Shown here in pieces: positions 11,801 to 28,764 of a stretch of DNA of 64,000 nucleotides (the first letter of the stretch is position 1; every line of letters starts with the position of its first letter). The stretch spans positions 178,092 to 242,091 of the forward strand of contig NIVC01001752.1 of the NCBI GenBank assembly GCA_002269645.1. The letters run 5' to 3'. The translations under genes and the position numbers were made by a program. The stretch is from Macrostomum lignano. Taxonomy: Eukaryota. The notes beneath the pieces are model-generated. The model had not been told where the DNA came from. It searched no databases and was given only the letters and a program-made list of their open reading frames with translations.

Positions 11801-13780
11801 GTGAATGATGAATATAGATATCAGACATTGGGGAATGATGAATATAGATATCAGACATTGGGGAATGATGAATATAGATATCAGACACTGGGGAATGATG
11901 AATATAGATATCAGACATTGGGGAATGATGAATATAGATATCAGACATTGGGGAATGATGAATATAGATATCAGACACTGGGGAATGATGAATATAGATA
12001 TCAGACATTGGTAAATGATGAATAAAGATATCAGACATTGGGGAATGATGAATATAGATATCAGACATTGGTAAATGATGAATAAAGATATCAGACATTG
12101 GTAAATGATGAATAAAGATATCAGACATTGGTAAATGATGAATATAGATATAAGACATTGGGGAATGATGAATATAGATATCAGACATTGGGGAATGATG
12201 AATATAGATATCAGACACTGGGGAATGATGAATATAGATATCAGACACTGGGGAATGATGAATATAGATATCAGACATTGGGGAATGATGAATATAGATA
12301 TCAGACATTGGGGAATGATGAATATAGATATCAGACATTGGGGAATGATGAATATAGATATCTGACATTGGAGAATAATGAATATAGATATCCGAAATTG
12401 GTGAATGAGGAATATATTAATCAAAAATTGGTGAATGAGGAATATATTAATTAAAAATTGGTGAATGATAAATATGTTAATCAGAAATTGATGAGTGATG
12501 AAGACTGATATCAGAAATTGGTAAATTATGATTATAGAAATCAGGCATTGGTGAATGGTGAATATAGAAAAAAAATTGGTGAATGATGAATATAGAAATT
12601 AGAAAATTCAGTTAATGATAAAGATTGTAATCAGAAGTTGGTGAATAATGAATATAGATATCAGAATTATGTGAATGATGATTACAGAAATCAGGCATTA
12701 GTGAATGATGAAGATTTCAATCAGAAATTGGTGAATGATAAAGATTGTGATTGTAAGCAAAAATTAGTGAATGATGAAAATAGATATAACAAATAGGTGA
12801 ATGATGAATGTAGATCTCAGAATTTGGTGAATGAGGAATATATTAATTAAAATTTGGTGAATGATGAATATATTAATCAAAAATTGGTGAATGATAAAGA
12901 TTTTAATCAGAAATTGATGAGTGATGAAGACTGATATCAAAAATTGGTAAATAATGATTATAGAAATCAGGCATTGGTGAATGGTGAATATAGAAATAAA
13001 AAATCGGTGAATGATGAAGATTGTAACTAGAAATTGGTGAATGATGACCACACAGCAACCACTCCCAACCATCAGGTCCACCAGTCGCCAGGAGCTGGTG
13101 TACTACCCTCTACTTCTCACTGACCAGCTCTGCCTTGAGCAGTTCTGCAACGGAACGGACACCTCCTGCGACCTGAATCTGCTTCGGCGCCTCTATCCCA
13201 CCGCCACCAATTGCCTTCAGAAGGCTGTCATGACCAAAAATATGGCACTAATTGGAATACACCTACTCTCGTCTGCTGCTGACTCCTACGTGGAGTCTGT
13301 CAGCTATGAGTGGACCGAGGCCCTGTCCGAGGTCAAGATGCGTCTCTTGACTTTGAAAATCCGCCCTCCCACCATCAAAATCCACCCTCCGACAATCAAA
13401 ATCCGCCTTCCCACCACCGAAATCCGCCCTTCAACCATCAAAATTCATTTCTTCACAATCAAACCCCACCCTCCCACCATCAAAATCCGCAATTCCACCA
13501 TCAAAATTCGCTATCTGACAATCAAAATCCGCCCTTTAACCATCAAAATCCACCCTCCCGTTATCAAAACCTGCCCTGTAAATATCAGCATCCGCTCTGC
13601 CACTATCGAATCCGCCCTCTTGTAATCAAAATCCGCCCAACCAAAATCCAGACGGGCGGCATCCTGGGCCTGTGGCTGGGCATCAGTCTGCTCTCTGTGC
13701 TGGAGATTTTCGAATTTTTCTACGTTCTAGCCAGAAACTGCTTCGACCAGCGGCTGGCGCTGCGCAATCGCGATGCTTAA
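8830..13780 (+). CDS. DEG/ENaC (amiloride-sensitive/ASIC-like) sodium channel subunit, about 666 aa, 6 exons
   Basis: Exons 8830-9717, 10069-10195, 10426-10678, 11063-11410, 13076-13331 and 13652-13780, all GT-AG and phase-consistent (2001 nt). Motifs: STIHG pre-TM1, TM1, FPDITLCN, WNCYTF, GFRVFIH, CGC, SSSWP, and TM2 LSETGGILGLWLGISLLSVLE with the GxS filter. Confidence 0.93.
10746..11023. repeat. 16-bp minisatellite (TGTCACTCTGTCCGAA)n in ENaC intron 3
   Basis: Visible tandem array. Confidence 0.95.
11435..13050. repeat. 30-bp minisatellite (GAATGATGAATATAGATATCAGACATTGGG)n in ENaC intron 4, degenerating 3'
   Basis: Visible tandem array. Confidence 0.95.
13365..13650. repeat. Degenerate about 21-bp repeat (CATCAAAATCCGCCCT..) in ENaC intron 5
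   Basis: Recurrent ATCAAAATCC core. Confidence 0.8.
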
Positions 13781-15006
13781 TTGGGTGGATTCTAGACATT
13801 TTTACTTGATTTTTTAACGTAGTCAACGTAGCTTATTTTGCTCAAAGAAATTCAGACACTGTGAATGCTTGCTTGGACTGAAAGCAGCAGACGGCAGTCG
13901 CTCGAAATAGAGTATCTCAATCCTTCAAAACGATTTTCCAAATATGCAACCACGACTTCACGATTTTGTGACGAACAAAAAATAGATTAAGGCGCGTAGT
14001 ATTTAAATCAATAGTTCGATTTCATTATATATACGATAGTTATTGTCGAGGGGAAAATAAAGCAACAACTTGGAGCTTAAACTCAGCAACATCGAAAAAT
14101 CGCCATCACAGCAGATTCGGTCTGTTGTCGCCACTTTTGAGAGTGCAGGTGAAGTCTCTCAGTCTTTGCGAGTGACGCAACTCAGCTACGCCATGCGACA
14201 GACTTGGGTTGAGGAATGAAGTGGGGCCGTTGGGGGGGAGCGGTGTGCGAGGATTGGACGGATTAAAACTACCCGGATATCAGTTTTCAAGTATCTTTTT
14301 TCAGAATAGTCCAAGAGAAATTGCTCACTGGCGCATAGAGTGGCGACTTTTCAATGTTGCCGAGTATAAATGCCTTGATAGGCTTCAGTGTTCGCAGAAG
14401 AAGGGTAGCACAGCAATCGTAATACCGACTTGATTAAAGCGAATTATCAGGCAGTCTGGGGACTGTAGCTTTTACAAGAAAGTTAGAGATCGTGGTAGAC
14501 AGCACACAAAAAAGTGAAACAAGCAACTTCCTCGCGTTCAATCACAAGCGTACTATACACATTTTTAAAATGCGTTTAGTATAGCAATAATAATCATAAT
14601 AGAAATGCAATATCAATACAGATACAAAAGGTTGACGGAATGACACAGTCACATTTCTTTCTAAAGAGATTTTATCAAGTCCGGTATGTTTACTTAAGCC
14701 GAAGGTGGCGTAGCCTACATGCTGTACTCAAAAATAGAATCTAATTAAACAAACAAAATGCGAACAAAAATACTGTGGTCTCAGTTTTAAAACATATAGC
14801 AAAAAATCAACATGAGCAGCCAAAGATATTCAAACAAAATACGGACAGCACAGCATAAATTTAGTATCAAAGCATATCACTTAAAACATGCAGTATGCAC
14901 TACTGGCAGTGCATCTAGTCTAACCAGTTTAAGCAGCTTGAGTGTCTTGTCTTTGCATGGTCTGCGACAGTCTGCATCAGAAATTTCAAAGCTTCCAACT
15001 GACCAT

Positions 15007-17217
15007 TCATTGTAGCAGATTGTGTTGCTTGCCTGCAGCATCAGACGTTCTTTTTTGATCAGCGACTGTCTGCAGCAGAAACTTCATCAGTTCCTGATAG
15101 CCCCCTCTAGCAGCAGCTTCCGCTGCCTCTATGCAACAACGGGTTCTCTTTTCTTGGTCAGAAACTGACTGAACCAGAAACTTCACAACTTCTAGCCTTC
15201 CAGATCTTGCAAAAAAGCTGGCCGCCTTCATGCAGCACTGATCTCGGTTTGTTTGGTCAGCGACTGACTGCACCAGAAACTTCATCACTTCTAACTGACC
15301 ATAAATTGCAGCAGGCTCCACGGCTTCCATGCAGCAGTGATCTCTTTTTTCTTGGTCAGAAACTGTTGGCACCAGAAACTTCAAAGCTTCTAATTGACCA
15401 TTAATTGCGGCAGGTTCCACAGCTTTCATGCAGCACTGATCGCTTTTTTCTTGGTCAGCGACTGTCGGCACCAGAAATTTCAGCACTTCTAACTGACCAT
15501 AAATTGCGGCAGGTTCCACAGCTTTCATGCAGCACTGATCTCTCTTTGCTTCGTCAGCAACTGACAGCACCAGAAACTTCACCACATCTAAATGACCATA
15601 AATTGCAGCAGGCTCCACCGCCTCCATGCAGCACTGATCTCTGTTTGTTTGGTCAGCAACTGTCTGCACCAGAAACTTCACCACATCTAAATGACCCTGT
15701 TCTGAAGCCCATTTTGCTGCCTCCATCAAGTACTGATCTCTGCTTGTTTGGTCAGTAACTGTCTGCACCAGAAACCTCACCACTTCTAAGTCACCATGAA
15801 TTGCAGCAGGCTTCACGGCCACCATGCAGCAAAGATCTCTGTTTTCCTGGTCAGCGACTGTCTGCACCAGAAAGTTGATCAATTCTAACGGACATTTTTT
15901 GGCAGCTTGTTTTGCTGCCTCTATGCAGCACTGATCTCTGTTTGTTTGGTCAGCGATTGTCTGCACCAGAAATTTCAGCACGTCCCACTGACCATTGGTT
16001 GCAGCAGATGTGGCTGCCTTCACACAGCACGGATCTCTCTTTGCTTCGTCAGCAACTGACAGCACCAGCAACTTCACCACATCTAACTGACCATAAATTG
16101 CAGCAGGCTCCACGGCCTCCATGCAGCACTGATCTCTGTTTGCTTGGTCAGCAACTGTCTGCACCAGAAACTTCACCACATCTAAATGACCCTGTTGTGA
16201 AGCACATTTCGCTGCTTCCATGCAGCACTGATCTCTGTTGGTTTGACCATCGGTTGTCTGCACCAGAAACTTCAGCACTTCTAAGTGACCCTCTTTTGAA
16301 GCACACTTTGCTGCTTCCATGCAGCACTGATCTTTCAAAATTTGGTCAGAGACGGTCTGGACCAGTAACTTCGTCATTTCTAACTGACCCTTTGCTGCAG
16401 CAGATTCCGCTTCCTTCATACAGAACTGATCTCTCAAACTTTGATCAACGACTGCGTGCACCAGAAACTTCACCACTTCTAACTGACCTTCTGCTAGAGA
16501 TTTTGCTGCCTTTATGCAGCACTGATCTCTCTTTGCCTCGTCAGCGACTATCTGCACGAGAAACTTCAGCACTTCCCACTGACCATTGGCTGCAGCAGAG
16601 GTCGCTGCCTGCACGCAGCACCTGTCCCTCAGGGTTGAATCAGAAACTGTCTGCACCAGAAACTTCACTACTTTCCACTGACCGTTTCTTTCAGCAGAGC
16701 TCGCTGCCTCTATGCAGCAATAATCTTTTACACTTTGGTCAGCCACTGTCTGCACCAGAAACTGCACCACTTCTAACTGACCAGAACTTGCTGCTGGTTT
16801 CGATGCGTCAATGCAACACTGATATCTGCTTCTTTGGTCAGCAATTGTCTGCACCAGAAACTGCACCACTTCTAACTGACCAGAACTTGCTGCTGGTTTC
16901 GATGCGTCAATGCAACACTGATATAGTTTTCTTTGGTCAGCCACTCTCTGCACCAGATACGTGACTACTTCCCACTCACTCTTCCTTGCAGCATGTTCCA
17001 CCGCCTCTACGCAGCAGCAATCCTTTACATTTTGGTCAGCGATCCTCTGCACCAGAAACTTCACCACTTCCCACTGACCACGCTGGGCAGCCAGGCGCGA
17101 ATTTTGTATGCAAAATCGAGCTTTTCTTCTTTCCCCTAGTTGAAGCCAGAGACGAGCTCTCAAAGCTATGATGTTTACACTGGTGACGGCTCCATGTCGG
17201 CTGAAGCTCTGACCCAT
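15007..17217 (-). CDS. 736-aa protein of 21 x 33-aa ankyrin-like repeats (CCxEAxxxAAxxGxLEVVKFLVQTVADQxxRDQ) with N-terminal MGQSFS
   Basis: Uninterrupted ORF. The 33-aa period and AAxxGxLEVVKFL helix-turn-helix core are ankyrin-like, but TPLH is absent. A possible non-coding upstream exon is suggested by a donor at 18858 and an acceptor at 17223. Confidence 0.85.
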   Translation of the reverse strand: MGQSFSRHGAVTSVNIIALRARLWLQLGERRKARFCIQNSRLAAQRGQWEVVKFLVQRIADQNVKDCCCVEAVEHAARKSEWEVVTYLVQRVADQRKLYQCCIDASKPAASSGQLEVVQFLVQTIADQRSRYQCCIDASKPAASSGQLEVVQFLVQTVADQSVKDYCCIEAASSAERNGQWKVVKFLVQTVSDSTLRDRCCVQAATSAAANGQWEVLKFLVQIVADEAKRDQCCIKAAKSLAEGQLEVVKFLVHAVVDQSLRDQFCMKEAESAAAKGQLEMTKLLVQTVSDQILKDQCCMEAAKCASKEGHLEVLKFLVQTTDGQTNRDQCCMEAAKCASQQGHLDVVKFLVQTVADQANRDQCCMEAVEPAAIYGQLDVVKLLVLSVADEAKRDPCCVKAATSAATNGQWDVLKFLVQTIADQTNRDQCCIEAAKQAAKKCPLELINFLVQTVADQENRDLCCMVAVKPAAIHGDLEVVRFLVQTVTDQTSRDQYLMEAAKWASEQGHLDVVKFLVQTVADQTNRDQCCMEAVEPAAIYGHLDVVKFLVLSVADEAKRDQCCMKAVEPAAIYGQLEVLKFLVPTVADQEKSDQCCMKAVEPAAINGQLEALKFLVPTVSDQEKRDHCCMEAVEPAAIYGQLEVMKFLVQSVADQTNRDQCCMKAASFFARSGRLEVVKFLVQSVSDQEKRTRCCIEAAEAAARGGYQELMKFLLQTVADQKRTSDAAGKQHNLLQ

Positions 17218-17489
17218 TGTGCCTGCGCGAGAAGAAATCTTTAATTAATTTTTGTTAAAAGGCATGCTTAAATTGCAGTATGTATTTGTTATAGTCACTA
17301 TTTTCGTCGTTTTATTAAATAAGAAAATTTAGAAGCAGTAAAGATTTTGGAGAATGGTCACAGATCTCCCATCATCCTGATGATTAATTTAATTCGAAAA
17401 CAGAAACCGCGAAATATGGTGCAGGATACGTAATTATGGAAGCTTTAGAAGGAAGGAGGAATGAATTTAGGGATAAAGAAGGAGGTAAG

Positions 17490-18710
17490 GATTCAGGGAT
17501 AAGGAAGGGGGGAAGGATTCAGGGATAAGGAAGGAGGGAAGGATTCAGGGATAAGGAAGGAGGGAAGGATTCAGGGATAAGGAAGGAGGGAAGGATTCAG
17601 GGATAAGGAAGGAGGGAAGGATTCAGGGATAAGGAAGGAGGGAAGGATTCAGGAATAAGGAAGGAGTGGAGGATTCAGGGATAAGGAAGGAGGGAAGGAT
17701 TCAGGGATAAGGAAGGAGGGAAGGATTCAGGGATAAGGAAGGAGGGAAGGATTCAGGGATAAGGAAGGAGGTAGGATTCAGGGATAAGGAAGAAGGGAAG
17801 GATTCAGGGATAAGGAAGGAGGGAAGGATTCAGGGATAAGGAAGGGGGGAAGGATTCAGGGATAAGGAAGGAGGGAAGGATTCAGGGATAAGGAAGGAGT
17901 GGAGGATTCAGGGATAAGGAAGGAGGGAAGGATTCAGGGATAAGGAAGGAGGGAAGGATTCAGGGATAAGGAAGGAGGGAAGGATTCAGGGATAAAGAAG
18001 GAGGGAAGGATTCAGGGATAAGGAAGGAGGTAGGATTCAGGGATAAGGAAGGAGGGAAGGATTCAGGGATAAGGAAGGAGGGAAGGATTCAGGGATAAGG
18101 AAGGAGGGAAGGATTCAGGGATAAGGAAGGAGGGAAGGATTCAGGGATAAGGAAGGAGGGAAGGATTCAGGGATAAAGAAGGAGGGAAGGATTCAGGGAT
18201 AAGGAAGGAGGTAGGATTCAGGGATAAGGAAGGAGGGAAGGATTCAGGGATAATGAAGGAGGGAAGGATTCAGGGATAAGGAAGGAGGGAAGGATTCAGG
18301 GATAAGGAAGGAGGGAAGGATTCAGGGATAAGGAAGGAGGGAAGGATTCAGGGATAAGGAAGGAGGGAAGGATTCAGGGATAAGGAAGGAGGGAAGGATT
18401 CAGGGATAAGGAAGGGGGAAGGATTCAGGGATAAGGAAGGAGGGAAGGATTCAGGGATAAGGAAGGAGGGAAGGATTCAGGGATAAGGAAGGAGGGAAGG
18501 ATTCAGGGATAAGGAAGGAGGGAAGGATTCAGGGATAAGGAAGGAGGGAAGGATTCAGGGATAAGGAAGGAGAGAAGGATTCAGGGATAAGGAAGGAGGT
18601 AAGGATTCAGGGATAAGGAAGGAGAGAAGGATTCAGGGATAAGGAAGGAGGTAAGGATTCAGGGATAAGGTAGGAGGAAAGAAGGATTCAGGGATAAGGA
18701 AGGAGGGATG
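17490..18710. repeat. 26-bp minisatellite (GGATTCAGGGATAAGGAAGGAGGGAA)n
   Basis: Visible tandem array. Confidence 0.96.
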
Positions 18711-19188
18711 AAGGAATAAAATTAAGCCCCAAACGGACGAGGAAAGCAGCCATGAAACCACAGGCACTGCTCAGATGATTTCCAGTTTTTAAATCAGTTC
18801 ACATAGCACTAGCTATAAGCATAATTGTAACCTGCAAAAGGTGTTTAGCTTCTCTTACCTGTATATACTCTGTCTGTCGTCACATACGAGCGTAGAGGCA
18901 GACGATTCTTAGATTCGTTGAGGCCAAGTGTTAAGGAAATTTGGCGCCCAGTTTTTTTTGTAGCTTCTGGCAGTGACCGACCAACCCTATTTTAGAAACT
19001 GAAACTTCTCTCCGAAGTACAGTGAGGCAGCTGTGAGACTGCCAACCTCATCAACCCTCCCTACGCACCGCATAATGGAGCGAAAACGCGGGGCTGCTGC
19101 GGCTGCATCAGCCACCTCTTCTCAAGTACTATTTGAGAACTGAGCTCATTTATTGTACGACAGCGAAGTGCTGCACATTTGTGAATGC

Positions 19189-19670
<482 letters not shown>

Positions 19671-20001
19671 CAGTCAAATTAGGCTCAATCAGTAGACTTC
19701 ATTTGCTTTAACTGTACAGTAGTATCCACTCTGAGTACAGCCTCAGTGTACGCTAGAGCAGCCTCCGTTCATTTTATAGCCTAGACCGGTAGGTGCACAC
19801 TGTGAAGGAGAAGAGGTGAGCGCGGGTCGCTCAGCTCCTTTGTGACCCATCGCGCTCACAAAGAAACCATAGCTGAGTACGTGCGTACATCTGCTGGCAT
19901 GAGTTTCATTGTGGAAGACTTCTGCTCACGATGCATTGCTATGCTCAGATAGGTAAAAGCAGTTAGCTGTCTTGACTGGATGACAGGATTCTAAAATCAA
20001 A

Positions 20002-25355
<5,354 letters not shown>

Positions 25356-26944
25356 ATAAAAACAGCTTGTGCTGGCAAAAGAAACAACTAGAAGAGAATT
25401 CTACATGTATTTGAGTCGCACCTACCCTTGCCAGCTAAATTAGTACGCTCCCAGTGGAAATTTTTTTTTGGGCGACTGCAGGCGACGGTTGCCCGGAGTT
25501 GCCCCGCGTCGGAAAAATTGATTTTTTTGCTGTGGAAACGTCCGAATCTTCTTTTGATAGTAAAGAGAAAGTAAAATTCTTATATTCGTGCATTGATGAC
25601 ATCCGTCTGCCTTTTTTTAACTGGCCGTTTGCAATCCGCTTCAAGTTCGCCTAAAGGACTTCAGGCGACGGCATTTTTATCACATCATATGTTGCCTACT
25701 TCACCCCTAGAACAAGTACTAAAGACTGTTTAATTTTGCATCCGGATATCTGTGATATGACTTTAAAAGTTATTGTACTTTAGATAGCTTAGTTTATAGG
25801 TCTTTCTGCTCTGCTATATAACAATTAACTGCTGATCAACTTAAGTGAAACTTTGAAGATTCGTGTATCAGCGTGTTCCATTCCACTACTTAATTTTATA
25901 TGCTGCAGTAGCAAGCTAAGAATTTTTTCTTTCACTTTTGCCTGGTCAGCGCCAATTTGCACGCCAGGCTCCAAGCAAGTGTTGGCCTGTTTGACGGAAA
26001 AGCATGCGGACCTAAACCTGCCACACGTGCGACACTGCCTGAGAAAGGGCATTTTTTATCACAGTAACGGCCCAGAGAACAATAGCTTGAGGGATTTTCG
26101 CTTCACAATGAGTTTTGGCAGTTTTGGCCTTTTTTCGAAAACCGAAGGCGTCCCTAGCTTCACGGAGTTGATCCACCTGACCAAGAACCTGAACTCCACC
26201 AATGAGGATTTCAAAAGGCCAACCGGCGACAGTTTAAAGAGACGCTGAAACTGTACTGCAAGTCGTGCATTGAAGTCGTTCTCGGCATAGTAAAGAAGGA
26301 GCCTGGATTTTCATACAGCGTATTCGATTTTTTGCTGGCTTAACGATTCTGCAGCCTGTTTTTAGTGCTACCAACAGTGACAGCTTTCTTAAGATATCTT
26401 CAGATTTCAAACTAAGCAGCCAGACAAAAGCCTTTTGCGTCACATTTGCCGAGACCGTGTACGAAACGTCGTGTCTCTTGCTGCCAATGGACAACAAGTC
26501 TTCTACCTACACCGCTCTTGGTAGATTAACACAGAACGTTAAAAACAGTGTCCAAAACGCAAAAGTTAACGTGAATTCGTCGTTGCCAAATAATAGCCTG
26601 TTCTTGATTCGGTTCGCCGAAAAACAGTGGGGCGCTGATTTTCTTCTCGTAATGCGGAATGGTAAAAATGTGCTGCTTCTCATCATAGAAAGTAATTTTT
26701 AAGGTTAGGAAAATCTTCATACTTTTTGCCTTTTCTGATTTTCGAATATAAAATTACCCAATAATAAGGTATTTGATATAACCTGTAGATTAAAAATCCA
26801 AGCGACCCTTCGGTTTCCTGCTTTGAATATTATTTTAACATGACATTATATTATAAATCGAGATTGAATAGCGCAACAAAGCATAACAAAAAATGAAAAA
26901 ATACAGTACAGTACATAGTGGCTAATTAAAATCACTTCAGGCTC

Positions 26945-27790
26945 AGGTTCATTTGCTCCATTCATAGTCGGGTTCATTCACCTAGGATCGGGATCATTCA
27001 CTTAGGATCAGGTTCATTCACCTAGGATCGGGATCATTCACTTAGGATCGGGATCAATCACCTAGGATCGGGATCAATCACCTAGGATCGGGATCAATCA
27101 CCTAGGATCGGGATCAATCACCTAGGATCGGGATCATTCACCTAGGATCGGGATCAATCACCTAGGATCGGGATCAACCACCTAGGATCGGGATCAATCA
27201 CCTAGGATCGGGATCAATCACCTAGGATCGGGATCAATCACCTAGGATCGGGATCAATCACCTAGGATCGGGATCAACCACCTAGGATCGGGATCAATCA
27301 CCTAGGATTGGGTTCATTCACCTAGGATCGGGTTCATTCACCTAGGATCGGGATCATTCACTTAGGATCAGGTTCATTCACCTAGGATCGGGATCAACCA
27401 CCTAGGATCGGGATCAATCACCTAGGATCGGGTTCATTCACCTAGGATCGGGTTCATTCACCTAGGATCAGGTTCATTCACCTAGGATCGGGTTCATTCA
27501 CCTAGGATTGGGTTCATTCACCTAGGATCGGGTTCATTCACCTAGGATCGGGTTCATTAACCTAGGATCAGGTTCATTCACTTAGGATCAGGTTCATTCA
27601 CTTAGGATCGGGTTCATTCACTTAGGATCGGGTTCATTCACTTAGGATCAGGTTCATTCACTTAGGATCAGGTTCATTCACTTAGGATCGGGTTCATTCA
27701 CTTAGGATCGGGTTCATTCACTTAGGATCAGGTTCATTCACTTAGGATCGGGATCATTCACTCAGGATCGGGATCATTCACTTTAGATTC
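26945..27790. repeat. 20-bp minisatellite (CACCTAGGATCGGGATCAAT / ..GGGTTCATT)n
   Basis: Visible tandem array. Confidence 0.96.
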
Positions 27791-28057
27791 ACAATCATTC
27801 ACTTCAGAATCAGGATCATCAACTTCAGAATCAGAACGGATCATTTTGGAATTGGAATTCACTTCAGAATCAGGATCATCAACTTCAGAATCAGAACGGA
27901 TCATTTTATAATTGCCATTCAAACTCTTTATAGTATAAGATCACGTTATTACAATATCAGCAGGAAACCAAATGATCGCCAAAATCCATACCTAGAATGG
28001 AGCGTCCGACCCACATATAAGAAATTCAACATCCCCTCTAATTCCCGACACACGCAG

Positions 28058-28476
28058 CCAAGTACCGCGCCAAGGAGGACTCGAACATGCGAGACACAGG
28101 AGTTGGACAGAAGTCTGGTGCTCTCCAAAAGTCGTGCGGGAGTTTGAAGTTTGATTGAGCAGGAGTCTACTAGCGCCAGCCCGTCGAATACGGCCCGAGA
28201 CTTGGAAGCGAAAAACATTGACTACGCGATGGAATTCAACGTATCCCACAGAGGCTTTCCTTGGTTCTTCCTTGCGCCAGAAGATCTCCGTTGCGAGCAT
28301 ATTCGCAAGTGCCTCGCCTCGAAGGACAAGCATTTTATGATATGGCATCCAGACATCCAGACACCGAGCCCCCAGACAACATGCAGCCTCAAGTTGAAAA
28401 CCCATTCTGGAACCGAGCACGTGCCACGCAGCCAATCGACCTGGAGAGAGAGCTGCGGAATGCAAGGCTGCGGCTG

Positions 28477-28514
<38 letters not shown>

Positions 28515-28623
28515 GCTGCGGCTACAACAACTCGAGGCAGAAATTGCGTCTCTGCGGGCCGCGAGGGGTGCAGCTGCAGCAAGCGCCTCCGAGGGCAGTG
28601 ACGAGGAGCTGCCGACCGACTAA
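28058..28623 (+). pseudogene. Frameshifted terminal exon of an unknown poly-Q/coiled-coil protein
   Basis: Removing the tandem duplications AGTTTGA (28141-28154) and CATCCAGA (28346-28361) gives one continuous ORF ..KSCGSLIEQE..FMIWHPDTEPP..Q12..DEELPTD*. The acceptor ACGCAG| at 28057 has a CTAAT branch-like motif. A possible first exon lies at 26487-26520. Confidence 0.6.
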
Positions 28624-28764
28624 GAAGTCGCGGCCTAATTAGCTGCACATGCACGCCAGGCGGGTTACGGTCAAGCTCCGCGTTGAACTGGTTTATTGAC
28701 TGATAACTTGACAGACTCTTGGGTTTTTGAGAGGTTTCTTAAATCGAAATTAGCAGACTTAGTA

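Noticed and set aside
15207-17171. Plus-strand ORFs overlapping the CC-ankyrin gene, and similar overlaps on the Penelope, piggyBac and cGLR ORFs
   Set aside because: They are antisense or alternative-frame shadows of real coding sequence.
17372-17410. CTGATGA..TTCGAAA hammerhead-like string
   Set aside because: Stem II pairs poorly, and there is no helix III/NUH site or convincing stem I.
25435-26720. Several 60-130-aa ORFs between PIGW and the 20-bp array
   Set aside because: They are AT-rich, have no recognisable motif and no consistent frame; possibly an old TE relic but not supportable.
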